Assembly: GCA_963736875.1 (NCBI GenBank)
Contig: CAVTQH010000002.1
Coordinates: 199,927-263,926, forward strand
DNA length: 64,000 nt
Origin: Candidatus Amesbacteria bacterium
GTDB lineage: Bacteria > Patescibacteriota > Microgenomatia > CAZETR01 > Amesbacteraceae
Direction of reading: 5' to 3'
A model generated the notes under the pieces. That model saw only the letters and a list, made by a program, of their open reading frames with translations, had not been told where the DNA came from and searched no databases. Of the stretch, positions 27,628-37,635 are shown piece after piece (position 1 is the stretch's first letter; each line of letters begins with the position of its first letter). The translations under genes and the position numbers were made by a program.

Positions 27628-29997
27628 TCAGCGCCTGGGTTTTCGCCACACCAAAGCGGCAAAGGCAACCGCATAACTGATGATTCCTATGGCTAAGGTG
27701 GTGTGTATGCCCCGGGAAATGGCCACAATTACCGCCAGCACTGAAGCCAAAACCGAGACAGCTCCGTTTATCGCCCAGAACCAGGGAGTCAGATGTTTAT
27801 GCTCCCGGTTTGCCAGCTTCAGTCCGATTCCAAACGGCATACCCATCAAAAAACTCAAAGGTACCAGAATCATAACCGTCAGCCCGATTCTCACCGGGGT
27901 GGTTTGACTTTGAAAGCCGGATACCAATCCGGAAGTTACCGCTCCCGCCAGCACCAGTACTCCTAAAAGTGTCCCCAAAAACCACCGGTAATGTTTAAAG
28001 TATTTCCCGGCCACAAAACTTCCCGCCCCGCCGCAGACCAAAAGTAAAAACAGCACCACCATTACGCTGTAGATTGGGTGCCCCAAAAAAATCATCAGTC
28101 TCTGCATCAGACCGATTTCCGTCATCATAAATCCCATGCCGATTCCTGCAAAAAAGATCAAAAACGGAACCGATCTGAAAAAATTCACATTTTGGCTTTT
28201 CTGCATCATGGGAAAAATCACCAGCACCAGCGTTAAGACGGTTACCATCAGAAGGAGATTGCCCAAAACTCTCGAAGAGTCATCCAAAGGCATCATTCCG
28301 CTGGACAGGCGTTTTTCACTGCCCCGTCCCCACATCAGCCTGCTCATTTGGAAAAAATAAGGACTGTCATCGACGGGAGCGGCAATATTTGCCGGGAAAT
28401 TGGCTATCACCGCCCGGTCTCCCTGTCCGGACAGAAGTTTAGGCAGGTCGGGGTCTGCCGACCGTCCGGGGATGTACAACAATTCAAATCCCAGATCATC
28501 CGCAACTTTTTTTATCGCCGCCAGTTGTGCAGGTTTAAAAGGTTTCTTACCGGCAATAACCGTCGCTACCCCTTCCGCTGAATTTTTATCACCTGCCGTC
28601 GGCAGTTTTTGCACTGCAATAATCACGTGCCCCGTGGCATCGGTTACTCCCAGGCGTTGTAAACCCGCACGGGCCAGGGTCACCAGGCGGTATACTTCCG
28701 CCGGTAATTTGGAGTTATACCACCGGGACACGGTTAATATTCCCCGGTCGCTCAGGTGATCAAAAAACAACTGCCAGGCTTCGGCGGTATACAGGGAATT
28801 TTCCGTCAGCGCATATGCTCCGGTAGACACGGACGCCCAGGTATCGATCAGTGAAATTTGTATCGCATCGTATTTTTCTTCTGCCCTGGCGATATAACTT
28901 CTCGCTTCATCCGTCACAATTTTTACTCTGGGGTCCTGGTTTAAATACCCCGTGTAATCTCCGAGTCTGCGGTGGACAATGTCGTTAATATCCTGGTTTA
29001 TCTCCACTCCTGTAACCGATTTTTGGCCCGTTACCAGAGCCGAAAGCACGTCTCTCCCTCCGCCCGATCCGATAACCAGCACTTTTCCGCCCGAAACCAG
29101 GTAATATCCGAAATTGGTTACGTCATATTTTAAAAAATTCAGTTTTGTCAGATCCCCGTCAAACCTGGTAATTACGGTAAAAGCGCTGGAATCAATATTC
29201 ATCCCCAGCTGGGGTATCTTTACCGCCGGCGTTTTTACCGACAATCCATATCCTTCCGGTAAATATGTCTGATTGGGATCTCCGAACACCATTACCCGGG
29301 AATAGGAATTCCATCTTTCGACGAGGGGTACCGGCTGAATCCGGTTTTTGGCCTGCCTGATCAGGATCGCCGATCGGCCGGTGAAGTTATAATACCCGGC
29401 ACCCATCAGGACCAGAATTCCCAGTCCCGCCCCTGTTTTCACCACCGTTTCTTTCAATTTATCCAGCCGGTAATATGTCGCCAGGTTGTAAGCCCCGAGA
29501 ATTGCCAGAAGAGCCACCCCTCCGCCCGCCGTCACTCCGTCCAGTATCTGCATCGCTCCGATGTATACCAGGCACCCTACTCCGGATCCGGCCAGATCCG
29601 CCGCATACATTTTCCCCGGTTCCGCCCCTGATCGCGTCAGGGCGGCACAAATGACAACTCCGCTGAAAAAAAACGGCACCGCCGCGATCAAAAATATCAC
29701 TGCCATCGGCAGGGGTATTAAAGCAAAAAGTACCAGTCCCGCCAGAGCCGTAAATGCCATCATGAGGGAACTCGTGCTCATTGTCCGGCCCAAAAGCTTA
29801 CTCCCGAAAATTGCCGGTTTCGTATATACAAATACCGCTCCGGCTGTCATCCCGAGCATCGCCAGAGATACTGCCATAAACGCAAAGTGGTACCACATCA
29901 GCACACTGAAAAACCGGGTCAGAAGCAGTTCGTACATCAGAGTCGCGGCCGATATCCAAAACAAACCTGAATAGTTAGACGATTTTTTCCCTGGCAT
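27628..29997 (-). CDS. polytopic membrane protein fused to a spermidine-synthase-like (SpeE fold) domain
   Basis: About 7 N-terminal TMs, then a central VLVIGSGGGRDVLSAL...VEINQDIND...DPRVKIVTDEARSYI...YDAIQISLID segment (SpeE-like), then C-terminal TMs. Confidence 0.55.
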   Translation of the reverse strand: MPGKKSSNYSGLFWISAATLMYELLLTRFFSVLMWYHFAFMAVSLAMLGMTAGAVFVYTKPAIFGSKLLGRTMSTSSLMMAFTALAGLVLFALIPLPMAVIFLIAAVPFFFSGVVICAALTRSGAEPGKMYAADLAGSGVGCLVYIGAMQILDGVTAGGGVALLAILGAYNLATYYRLDKLKETVVKTGAGLGILVLMGAGYYNFTGRSAILIRQAKNRIQPVPLVERWNSYSRVMVFGDPNQTYLPEGYGLSVKTPAVKIPQLGMNIDSSAFTVITRFDGDLTKLNFLKYDVTNFGYYLVSGGKVLVIGSGGGRDVLSALVTGQKSVTGVEINQDINDIVHRRLGDYTGYLNQDPRVKIVTDEARSYIARAEEKYDAIQISLIDTWASVSTGAYALTENSLYTAEAWQLFFDHLSDRGILTVSRWYNSKLPAEVYRLVTLARAGLQRLGVTDATGHVIIAVQKLPTAGDKNSAEGVATVIAGKKPFKPAQLAAIKKVADDLGFELLYIPGRSADPDLPKLLSGQGDRAVIANFPANIAAPVDDSPYFFQMSRLMWGRGSEKRLSSGMMPLDDSSRVLGNLLLMVTVLTLVLVIFPMMQKSQNVNFFRSVPFLIFFAGIGMGFMMTEIGLMQRLMIFLGHPIYSVMVVLFLLLVCGGAGSFVAGKYFKHYRWFLGTLLGVLVLAGAVTSGLVSGFQSQTTPVRIGLTVMILVPLSFLMGMPFGIGLKLANREHKHLTPWFWAINGAVSVLASVLAVIVAISRGIHTTLAIGIISYAVAFAALVWRKPRR

Positions 29998-30062
29998 GAT
30001 ATTTTTGTGATTATATCTTATCCGATAACCGTCAGAATTCTAACTTACGGTCTCTGTTCGGA

Positions 30063-30533
30063 TTATCTTCTTCCTCGTCGTATAGGTCCCACCAGCTTAT
30101 TTTTCAATTCTGCCGCCGGGCTTTTAATTATAAATCCGGTATTTTCGGGTAACCTGAACAGGTTATACCAGGCAACACCGGTAAATCTATCCGGATCAAC
30201 GGATATTGGACCGAGCATTTCCTTGTTTATCAGTGATATGGCAATATTTTGGACCAGATAATAACCCGTATCACTGGTAAATCCTTTGTCATCTTTTAGA
30301 TCTGTTCTTGGTCGCGGGTACAGTAATTTAATATTTTCGTCTGTAAGGCCTAACTGTTCCTGCAGAATTTGCCATGCACTCAGAAGCAGTGTGCGATAGT
30401 CGTGCAACACCTTCGGTCTGTGCATTTCTCCGGGAACCGTTAATGTACCGTCAACTTGACTCAAAAACAGCAGATCCGCCCCGGATGTATGCAGGTATAT
30501 CTGCAAACCCCTGTTTAATTCGCTGGAATTCAT
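30063..30533 (-). CDS. hypothetical protein, 156 aa
   Basis: ORF only. Confidence 0.25.
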   Translation of the reverse strand: MNSSELNRGLQIYLHTSGADLLFLSQVDGTLTVPGEMHRPKVLHDYRTLLLSAWQILQEQLGLTDENIKLLYPRPRTDLKDDKGFTSDTGYYLVQNIAISLINKEMLGPISVDPDRFTGVAWYNLFRLPENTGFIIKSPAAELKNKLVGPIRRGRR

Positions 30534-30637
30534 CGTGTGGCCATTGTATCAAGTTCAGTCAAGAGCTTTGGTGTTGAAGCTGCTCCCTTTTAAAAATGCC
30601 CGGCTTCATCCGGAAAAAATTTTAGTATACTGAAAGT

Positions 30638-33154
30638 ATGTCTCTGACTGCCACCATCGCATCTCTTTCCGGTTTATCGGGTACCGAAGCCCAAAATCGT
30701 CTGAAAAAGGAAGGTTACAACGAACTCCCTTCCCAAAAAAGCCACTCCTGGCTGGATATTTTGTTAAGCGTTTTCAAAGAACCCATGATTTTTCTTTTGG
30801 TGTTTACGGGTCTGATATATCTGTTTTTGGGTGAAGTCCCGGATGCATTAATGCTTCTGGGCGGGATTTTTATCGTCATCGGCATCACTTTTTTTCAGGA
30901 GCGCAAAACCGAGCGGGCTCTGGACGCTTTAAAAAATTTAAGCAGTCCCCGGGCTTTGGTTTTAAGAGACGGTCAGGAAATGCGGATTCCCGGCCGGGAA
31001 GTGGTGCGCGAAGATCTGATAGCCCTTCAGGAAGGGGACCGCATTCCCGCCGACGGTACCGTTCTTTCCTCCACCAACTTAAGCATTGATGAATCTCTTC
31101 TGACCGGTGAATCCCTGCCGGTTCGAAAAATAGACTGGAATAATCAGGCGGATTCAGTCCGGCCCGGAGGGGAAAACCTCCCCTATGTTTTTTCCGGGAC
31201 TTTGGTTACTCAGGGAAGGGCAATAGTCCGGGTTACCGCCACCGGTATCAAAACTGAAATGGGAAAAATCGGCAAATCACTGGAAACAATTCATGAAGAA
31301 GACACCCTGATTAAAAAAGAAACAGGCCAAATTATTAAAAAGTTTGCTTTAGCCGGACTGATTTTATGTCTGACGGTAGTAATTCTTTTCGGTTTAATCC
31401 GGGGTGACTGGATTCAGGGCTTGTTATCAGGTCTGACTTTATCCATCTCCATGCTGCCGGAAGAATTCGCGGTTATTCTGGTGGTATTTCTTACTCTCGG
31501 AGCCTGGCGTATGTCCAAATACCAGGTGCTTACCCGAAACACTGCTACCATCGAGACTTTAGGGGCAGCCACGGCTCTTTGTGTGGACAAAACCGGCACC
31601 ATCACCTTAAATCAGATTACTCTCGACGGATTATTAACCGACGGTGACTATTTTCCCTTTCCGCAATCCGACGGTCATATCCCCGACAAATTTCACTCTT
31701 TGCTTGATTATGCCATCCTTGCCAGCCAGCAGGATCCTTTCGATCCCCTGGAAAAAGCCATCAGAAAGGCCGGAAAGCAAATTCTTACTGAGTCGGAGCA
31801 CGACCATCACAATTGGAGACTGGTCCAGGAATATCCCCTGTCCCAAAAATTAATGTCTTTGTCCCACGTCTGGCAATCACCGGACTCAAAGCACTTTGTC
31901 GTTGCCGCCAAAGGGGCTCCGGAAGCAATTGCCGGGCTTTGCCGCCTGACCGGGGACGAGAAAGCCCGTCTGGAATCGCAAATTGACCGGCTGGCAAACA
32001 GGGGTTTGCGTTTAATCGGGGTTGCCAAAGCCTCCTTTCCCGGGGAAAAACTGCCGTCAAAACAGCAGGACTTTAACTTTGAATTTTTAGGCCTGATGGC
32101 CTTTACCGATCCTGTCAGGCCGGGAGTGGCGGCAGCTGTCCGGGAATGTTATACGGCAGGCCTTAGGGTGATTATGATCACCGGGGATTATCCGGGAACG
32201 GCTCAATACGTGGCCGGTCAGATCGGACTTAAAAATCCCGACCAGGTGATTACCGGCGGTGAGTTATCCGAATTATCACAGGAGGCAATCAGGGAGAAAA
32301 TAAAGACAACCAATATTTTCGCCCGGGTGGTCCCCGAACAAAAGCTGATTATTATTGATGCCCTCAAAGCAAATGGTGAAATTGTGGCCATGACCGGGGA
32401 CGGGGTTAATGATGCTCCGGCTCTCAAGGCAGCTCATATCGGCATTGCCATGGGTAAAAGGGGTACGGATGTAGCCCGGGAATCCTCGGATCTGGTTTTA
32501 TTGGATGACGATTTTTCCTCCATTGTGACGGCCGTCCGTACAGGCCGCCGGATTTTCGATAATCTCAAAAAGGCTGTTGTTTATATTTTTGCAGTCCATG
32601 CTCCCATCGCCGGAATTTCTTTACTGCCGATAATTTTTAACTGGCCGATGGTCCTTTTACCTGCCCATATCGCCTTTCTGGAACTGATCATCGATCCGGC
32701 CTGCTCCCTGGTTTTTGAATCGGAAGTGCCGGAATCTGACATTATGAGCCGTCCCCCGCGTCCTTTAAATTCCTCACTGTTTACCAAAAAAAGCATTATC
32801 ACCGGCTTGGTTCAGGGATTGAGTATTTTGATTTTTGTTTCTGCTGTTTATATTTATGCCATCACAAGCGGCCGCGGAGATACTTTCTCCAGGACCATCA
32901 CCTTTGCCACTTTGGTTTTTTCCAACCTGCTTTTGATTCTTACCAATCTCTCCTGGTCCCGGAATATTTTTAAGACTCTCATCGGCCGTAACCGGGCATT
33001 GTACTGGGTTCTGGGAATGGCCGCCTCGGGCTTGCTGATTATTCTCCGTTCCCCGGCTGTCAGCTCTCTCTTTCACTTTTCTCCCCTGACTGGAGTGACT
33101 TACTTCTGGCATTTGCCGCCGGACTTATCGGCGTCATTTGGTTCGAAGTTCTGA
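30638..33154 (+). CDS. cation-transporting P-type ATPase, P2 (Ca2+-ATPase-like)
   Basis: CVDKTGTITLNQ, MITGDYPGTA, MTGDGVNDAPALKAAHIGIAMG and a 10-TM topology. Confidence 0.75.
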   Translation: MSLTATIASLSGLSGTEAQNRLKKEGYNELPSQKSHSWLDILLSVFKEPMIFLLVFTGLIYLFLGEVPDALMLLGGIFIVIGITFFQERKTERALDALKNLSSPRALVLRDGQEMRIPGREVVREDLIALQEGDRIPADGTVLSSTNLSIDESLLTGESLPVRKIDWNNQADSVRPGGENLPYVFSGTLVTQGRAIVRVTATGIKTEMGKIGKSLETIHEEDTLIKKETGQIIKKFALAGLILCLTVVILFGLIRGDWIQGLLSGLTLSISMLPEEFAVILVVFLTLGAWRMSKYQVLTRNTATIETLGAATALCVDKTGTITLNQITLDGLLTDGDYFPFPQSDGHIPDKFHSLLDYAILASQQDPFDPLEKAIRKAGKQILTESEHDHHNWRLVQEYPLSQKLMSLSHVWQSPDSKHFVVAAKGAPEAIAGLCRLTGDEKARLESQIDRLANRGLRLIGVAKASFPGEKLPSKQQDFNFEFLGLMAFTDPVRPGVAAAVRECYTAGLRVIMITGDYPGTAQYVAGQIGLKNPDQVITGGELSELSQEAIREKIKTTNIFARVVPEQKLIIIDALKANGEIVAMTGDGVNDAPALKAAHIGIAMGKRGTDVARESSDLVLLDDDFSSIVTAVRTGRRIFDNLKKAVVYIFAVHAPIAGISLLPIIFNWPMVLLPAHIAFLELIIDPACSLVFESEVPESDIMSRPPRPLNSSLFTKKSIITGLVQGLSILIFVSAVYIYAITSGRGDTFSRTITFATLVFSNLLLILTNLSWSRNIFKTLIGRNRALYWVLGMAASGLLIILRSPAVSSLFHFSPLTGVTYFWHLPPDLSASFGSKF

Positions 33155-33181
33155 AAATGCTTCATTTGAAAATTGCCTAGT

Positions 33182-33721
33182 CTATTTCTTATACTTCAAA
33201 AGATTTTCCGTAATATCCACAAATTCAATCCCCTTGGGTACTTCAAATACGGTTTCATCCAATTGCCAGTGGGCACAATTTACTTCATTCTCACCGCTAA
33301 GTTTTGCATACGATCCAAGAATTGATTCGGCTGAAGTTGCAGATCCGGTTGCGGTCAGCTGATTCAATTCTATTTTCAGACCCCGGCCGAGTGACGTCCA
33401 GATATACGCCTGCTTACCGTCTGAAATTATATGGCTGACGGATGTATTTCCGTTGCTTCTTGTTTGAATATCCATCCTGAACCGGTTTTTGGAAATTAAT
33501 ATGTTTCCAAAACTGCCTTCATTTTGGGTCTCTTTAATGGTAGAGGTGCAGGTGACATCATCTCCGGATTTTAAAGCTTCTGACAATACCCCGCCCTTAA
33601 TTATCTCGTCCGGGGGTAACGTGTTTATTTTTGGCGGACTTGGTTTGGGCCAGGTGAGTATCAGAGCCAAAATTCCCGACAATATCACCCCGCCCACAAT
33701 TGACAATTTCTTTTTTTTCAT
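33182..33721 (-). CDS. secreted hypothetical protein (signal peptide, 179 aa)
   Basis: MKKKKLSIVGGVILSGILALILT signal anchor. No family recognised. Confidence 0.3.
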   Translation of the reverse strand: MKKKKLSIVGGVILSGILALILTWPKPSPPKINTLPPDEIIKGGVLSEALKSGDDVTCTSTIKETQNEGSFGNILISKNRFRMDIQTRSNGNTSVSHIISDGKQAYIWTSLGRGLKIELNQLTATGSATSAESILGSYAKLSGENEVNCAHWQLDETVFEVPKGIEFVDITENLLKYKK

Positions 33722-33749
33722 TCCGCCTTTACTTTATCAGAAAATACCG

Positions 33750-34589
33750 TCAAAGGCTGAATCCTTTTTTGGCAGTCATTACTAATACATGTCCCCATCG
33801 GGATTTGCGCCGGTGGTATTTAACGCTGTTTAATCCTAAAAAACCGGTTATTTCCCGGCCGTACGGAAAAAACCACCAGCCCGCTACCGGATTGTGGCAA
33901 TAAGTCACAATCCGTGTCACACCGGCTCGTTTGGCCAGATCCGCGAGTCTTCCGGCTGACAGGTCATCCTCAAAACCGAATGCCCATTTGTTCCGCCGGA
34001 TAAGTATCTGTTTGGCCACCATAAACGGAATATCCCCGGAGTTGGGAGCCGCGATTACCAATATTCCTCCCGGCTTGACCAGCCGCCACATGATTTTGAT
34101 CATCTCAATTTTCCTGTCATCGGAAAAATGTTCAATCACCCCGCCGTTCCAGACCACGTCAAAAAATTTCCCGGGAAATTTCATGGAAAATGCATCCCGG
34201 CAATAAAATTTCGCTTTCAGTTTTTTTAATTTGAAGTATTTTTTTTGGAAAGCCAATGCTTTCTTCGAGATATCTACCAGATACAACTCCGCTCCCAAGC
34301 CGGCCAGATATGCCGAGGCCATTCCTGTACCGCTTCCCACTTCCAGAATTTTCTTTCCCTTTAAATTTTTTCCCATCACCTCTTCCAATTCTTCAAAATG
34401 GGCAATATAGTCAGGATTTGCATCAGCCTCGGAAGAATAACTTTCAGCAACTTTATCCCATAATTTTTCGGATTGCATACACCGATTGTACCAGTAACCT
34501 AAAGTTTGATAAAAAATATCCCGGTAATATAACTGGTCCCTTTCAGTAATCGGTTTCCGGTCAATATCCCTCCGTGGCTGTTTTCCCAA
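33750..34589 (-). CDS. class I SAM-dependent methyltransferase
   Basis: Motif I ILEVGSGTGMASAYL and post-I LYLVDIS. The true start is probably the internal M at ~34481 (MQSEKLW...), because the track ORF overlaps the Memo fragment. Confidence 0.6.
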   Translation of the reverse strand: MGKQPRRDIDRKPITERDQLYYRDIFYQTLGYWYNRCMQSEKLWDKVAESYSSEADANPDYIAHFEELEEVMGKNLKGKKILEVGSGTGMASAYLAGLGAELYLVDISKKALAFQKKYFKLKKLKAKFYCRDAFSMKFPGKFFDVVWNGGVIEHFSDDRKIEMIKIMWRLVKPGGILVIAAPNSGDIPFMVAKQILIRRNKWAFGFEDDLSAGRLADLAKRAGVTRIVTYCHNPVAGWWFFPYGREITGFLGLNSVKYHRRKSRWGHVLVMTAKKGFSL

Positions 34590-34990
34590 AGTTCCCAGTC
34601 AGTAGTTCCCAGTTTCTCCATGATCATCATTACCGTGGCCATCGCCGCCGGCGAATCCAGGTGGTTATCGTCGAACTTATACAAATTCAGGTAATCAAAA
34701 TTCCTGATGGTATTTATGGTCTGACTGTCATACTTTTCAGCCGGTTCAGGCAAATTATTATGGGAAAAATCCACACTCGCCACATATAAAGTGTTCTCCG
34801 GCATGATCTTGATGATAGCTTCAGCCATCCGCTTCAGAGTCTCCGGGGTATAACCGGGAGCGGTTAATATCGGCACAAATTCAGACCCGGTAAAAGCCTG
34901 TTTTAAATATTTTATGGGAACATTCACTCCGTGTTCATCACCAACCAGTTTGTCATCAATTACCAGTTGGCGGGAACTGCTGATTTAAGC
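34499..34990 (-). pseudogene. MEMO1-family (AmmeMemoRadiSam protein B-like) C-terminal two-thirds; N-terminal part missing or decayed
   Basis: ...LVIDDKLVGDEHGVNVPIKYL..., YVASVDFSHNN (DxSH) and NSHGGIL align with the C-terminal half of the intact Memo domain encoded at 35294-36904. The reading frame closes with a TAA at ~34990 and no Memo N-terminal motifs lie upstream in frame. Confidence 0.4.
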
Positions 34991-35293
34991 TGCAATACCG
35001 ATTTCCGGGCGATCGGGTAGTCGGGACTGCTTTCGGCCGTGGTGAACGTCCCGCCCCGCATCCGGAAATGGTTAGGGGAAAAAACTACAATAAACCGGGG
35101 ATTCTGGTTAATTTTATTTTATTGACGGCTCTGATGATTAAATCTTTTGCCAATTCGTGATGGGGAAGCACCACACCGCTGATACTCTGCCGGTTGCCCG
35201 GGATAACTTTATCAACCCTCAGCTCCCTGATTCCCAGGAAAACTGTCACTATAACTAAAATTAAAATCTTTTTCCGCATGGATAATACCGGGT

Positions 35294-36904
35294 TTAAAAA
35301 ACCTGGGCTTGATAAATATAAATTTCGGTTTCGGGATCCTGATAGCAATTTTTGGAAAGCCCCGCTTTCTGACTGCAAAGCTCCCCTAAAAATTCTTCCA
35401 AGCTCCATCCGGTGTCGGTAGCGACCTGCGGCAGAAATGTTCCCGAGCGGTTTCCCGAAACGATTACCACCCCGTCTGTTCCTAACCTGATCTGCTTCCA
35501 GTCACCGATTTTTTGTCTGGGGGTCATCACGGAAATTTCCAAAGTAATTTGAGAAAGTTCGGAAGCCGTAACCGGAGTAAACCGGGGGTCATTAGAAGCC
35601 GCATCCGCGGTTTTTTGCTGAATTACTTTATAAAGGGGTTCGTTGGGTTCAAACTCGCCGATGCACCCCCTCAGATCCCCGTTTTTTCTCAAAGTCACAA
35701 AAGCTCCCAGGGGATCATTCAATTCCGGATTTCTGACCGTGATTTCCCCGGGTAATTTTTTATCAGTGACAAAATCAGAAAGCGTCAGACGGGCAATTTC
35801 CAGCGCTTCTTTTTTGGCTTCCGGGGAAATTTCAGAAACAGCAAACTTCACCGTTGCGCCGGTAAAACCTATGGCCGCGTATCCCACCACCCGGTTTTTA
35901 TCGGATGTTACATCCCCGCTGTTTTGGTATTTCAGAAGTTTCGGAGGATCAAGTTTTAAAAGCTGCGAAACTTCCAAGGCCACTCTCAAAGCCTGAAAAC
36001 CGCAGGCCGGCGTTTCCACCCCGGGTTGTCTGACTGCGGTATTTTCTGCCATTTTTTTTTCAAACTCCGCTCTGCCGGCGGTTAATATTGCCTCTATCGT
36101 TTTTCCGTCAACAAGTTTGGCGGTATTGTAATCCGGGTAGTGGGACAAATCCGTGCTCACAACCAGAAGCGTTTTCTCATCCGTGTTTTGGGCGATTCGA
36201 AAAGCCAGAGCCGAAATTAATTGATCCGACGGCGTGCTCACCAAAATCGGAACAATTTTAAAATTATTAAGCACTTTTTGCAGCCATATAATTTCAGTTT
36301 CCAGCGAATGTTCTTTTTCATGTACTGTGGTATCGGCAATAATTTTCTGATCAGGGCTGATTATTTTTTGGGCCAGGTCGGTATCAATTTCTGCATTACC
36401 CAAAGGGGTTTCCCACACGCCTCCGGCAAACACCGCTGCGTGGTCGAAGCGGTGTTGATGGCTGGATCCCAGAATAATCACCCTGCCGAAATCGCTTCCT
36501 GCAATTTGTGCATAAGCCTCTGCTGCCGCTCTCCCGGAATAATCCAGTCCGGCATGGGGGACAATCAGTATCCGGAAAGCGCTGTCAGCGGAAATCTTTC
36601 GGGCTTGGGCAAGAAGGTTTTCGAGTTTGTTATCCAGCTCTTTAGTGTCTTTCGGGTAAAAAGTTCCTGCTGCTGCCGGTTTCCGGACGGAATCGGCTCC
36701 GGAAGTGCCGGCACTTGCCTGATTGCCTCCCGGCGGATTCGGACTGCGCCAGGCCAAAATCCCGATTATCAAAACCATGCCCAGCGTTATCCCCAATGCG
36801 GTCAGGACGGGATTTCTGAAATTTATTTTCATTCTGACTGTATTATAATCATAGCCGGTGAAGAAAATTTTAATGGTATTTTTGATACTGATTCTTCTGG
36901 GCAT
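35294..36904 (-). CDS. membrane-anchored MEMO1-like + AMMECR1 fusion protein (AmmeMemoRadiSam proteins B+A fused)
   Basis: N-terminal TM; Memo motifs AGTFYP, VPHAGLDYSG, LGSSH and VSTDLSHY; C-terminal AMMECR1 (LRGCIGEFEP...). Confidence 0.65.
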   Translation of the reverse strand: MPRRISIKNTIKIFFTGYDYNTVRMKINFRNPVLTALGITLGMVLIIGILAWRSPNPPGGNQASAGTSGADSVRKPAAAGTFYPKDTKELDNKLENLLAQARKISADSAFRILIVPHAGLDYSGRAAAEAYAQIAGSDFGRVIILGSSHQHRFDHAAVFAGGVWETPLGNAEIDTDLAQKIISPDQKIIADTTVHEKEHSLETEIIWLQKVLNNFKIVPILVSTPSDQLISALAFRIAQNTDEKTLLVVSTDLSHYPDYNTAKLVDGKTIEAILTAGRAEFEKKMAENTAVRQPGVETPACGFQALRVALEVSQLLKLDPPKLLKYQNSGDVTSDKNRVVGYAAIGFTGATVKFAVSEISPEAKKEALEIARLTLSDFVTDKKLPGEITVRNPELNDPLGAFVTLRKNGDLRGCIGEFEPNEPLYKVIQQKTADAASNDPRFTPVTASELSQITLEISVMTPRQKIGDWKQIRLGTDGVVIVSGNRSGTFLPQVATDTGWSLEEFLGELCSQKAGLSKNCYQDPETEIYIYQAQVF

Positions 36905-37595
36905 TTTGGCTATAGTTCTGGTTCTGGGCTACTTTGGTTTTTTCCCGGGAGTTTCAGCTCTTTTCGGGTCGAACCGGCCGCGTGATTTAGGTGTGAAGTA
37001 TTCTCAGGCAGACTACGTGTCTTATCAGCAAAAATCCGGTTCGGAAACTATTCCCCTGACCGCAGTAGCTGAGGCTGGTAAATCCCTGAATTTTTCAGGC
37101 CAAAAAGATCTTACTGCCTCATTCAGCGAAACCGAAGTCAGCGCCCGGATCAGTCATTCTCTCTGGCGGTATATGCCCTTTACCGATTTTCAGATCCGGT
37201 TCCCCGGGCAGAATTTAATTGAGTTTTCAGGCATATTGGCGACTGACCGCTTATCAGGTTTTATCTCCGAAGTCGGGGGAGTGGAAATTTCCCAGGCGGA
37301 TATCGATAAGGGTTTGAACTATTTAAAAATATTTTCTAAAAATACTCCGGTGTATGCCAAAGCCGAAGTCCGGGTTCAGGATAATAAAGTGGATATTCAA
37401 ATGCAGAAGCTGGAAATCGGCCGCATCCCGGTACCCTTGGAAAGTTGGAACGCCAGCTCATCATTTACCGATGCCGCTCAGGAAATAATTGACAAAGTTC
37501 CGGGCTTGGACGCCAAGTCGGTCACATTCGGGGACGGTAAAATGTCCTTTACCGGTACTGTACCGACACAGATTTCCGCCCTGATGGCTAACTGA
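36858..37595 (+). CDS. membrane-anchored hypothetical protein
   Basis: An N-terminal TM (MKKILMVFLILILLGILAIVLVLGYF) with a ~200-aa extracytoplasmic domain. Confidence 0.3.
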   Translation: MKKILMVFLILILLGILAIVLVLGYFGFFPGVSALFGSNRPRDLGVKYSQADYVSYQQKSGSETIPLTAVAEAGKSLNFSGQKDLTASFSETEVSARISHSLWRYMPFTDFQIRFPGQNLIEFSGILATDRLSGFISEVGGVEISQADIDKGLNYLKIFSKNTPVYAKAEVRVQDNKVDIQMQKLEIGRIPVPLESWNASSSFTDAAQEIIDKVPGLDAKSVTFGDGKMSFTGTVPTQISALMAN

Positions 37596-37635
37596 TTTTT
37601 AGAGTAAAATTCAATCTCCGAAGTAATAGTAATTT

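Noticed and set aside
35085-35408. 107-aa ORF (TM + ...VVLPHHELAKD...) as the N-terminus of the second Memo copy
   Set aside because: The similarity to the Memo 'VPHAG' motif is weak, and the ORF overlaps the 5' end of the fused Memo-AMMECR1 gene.
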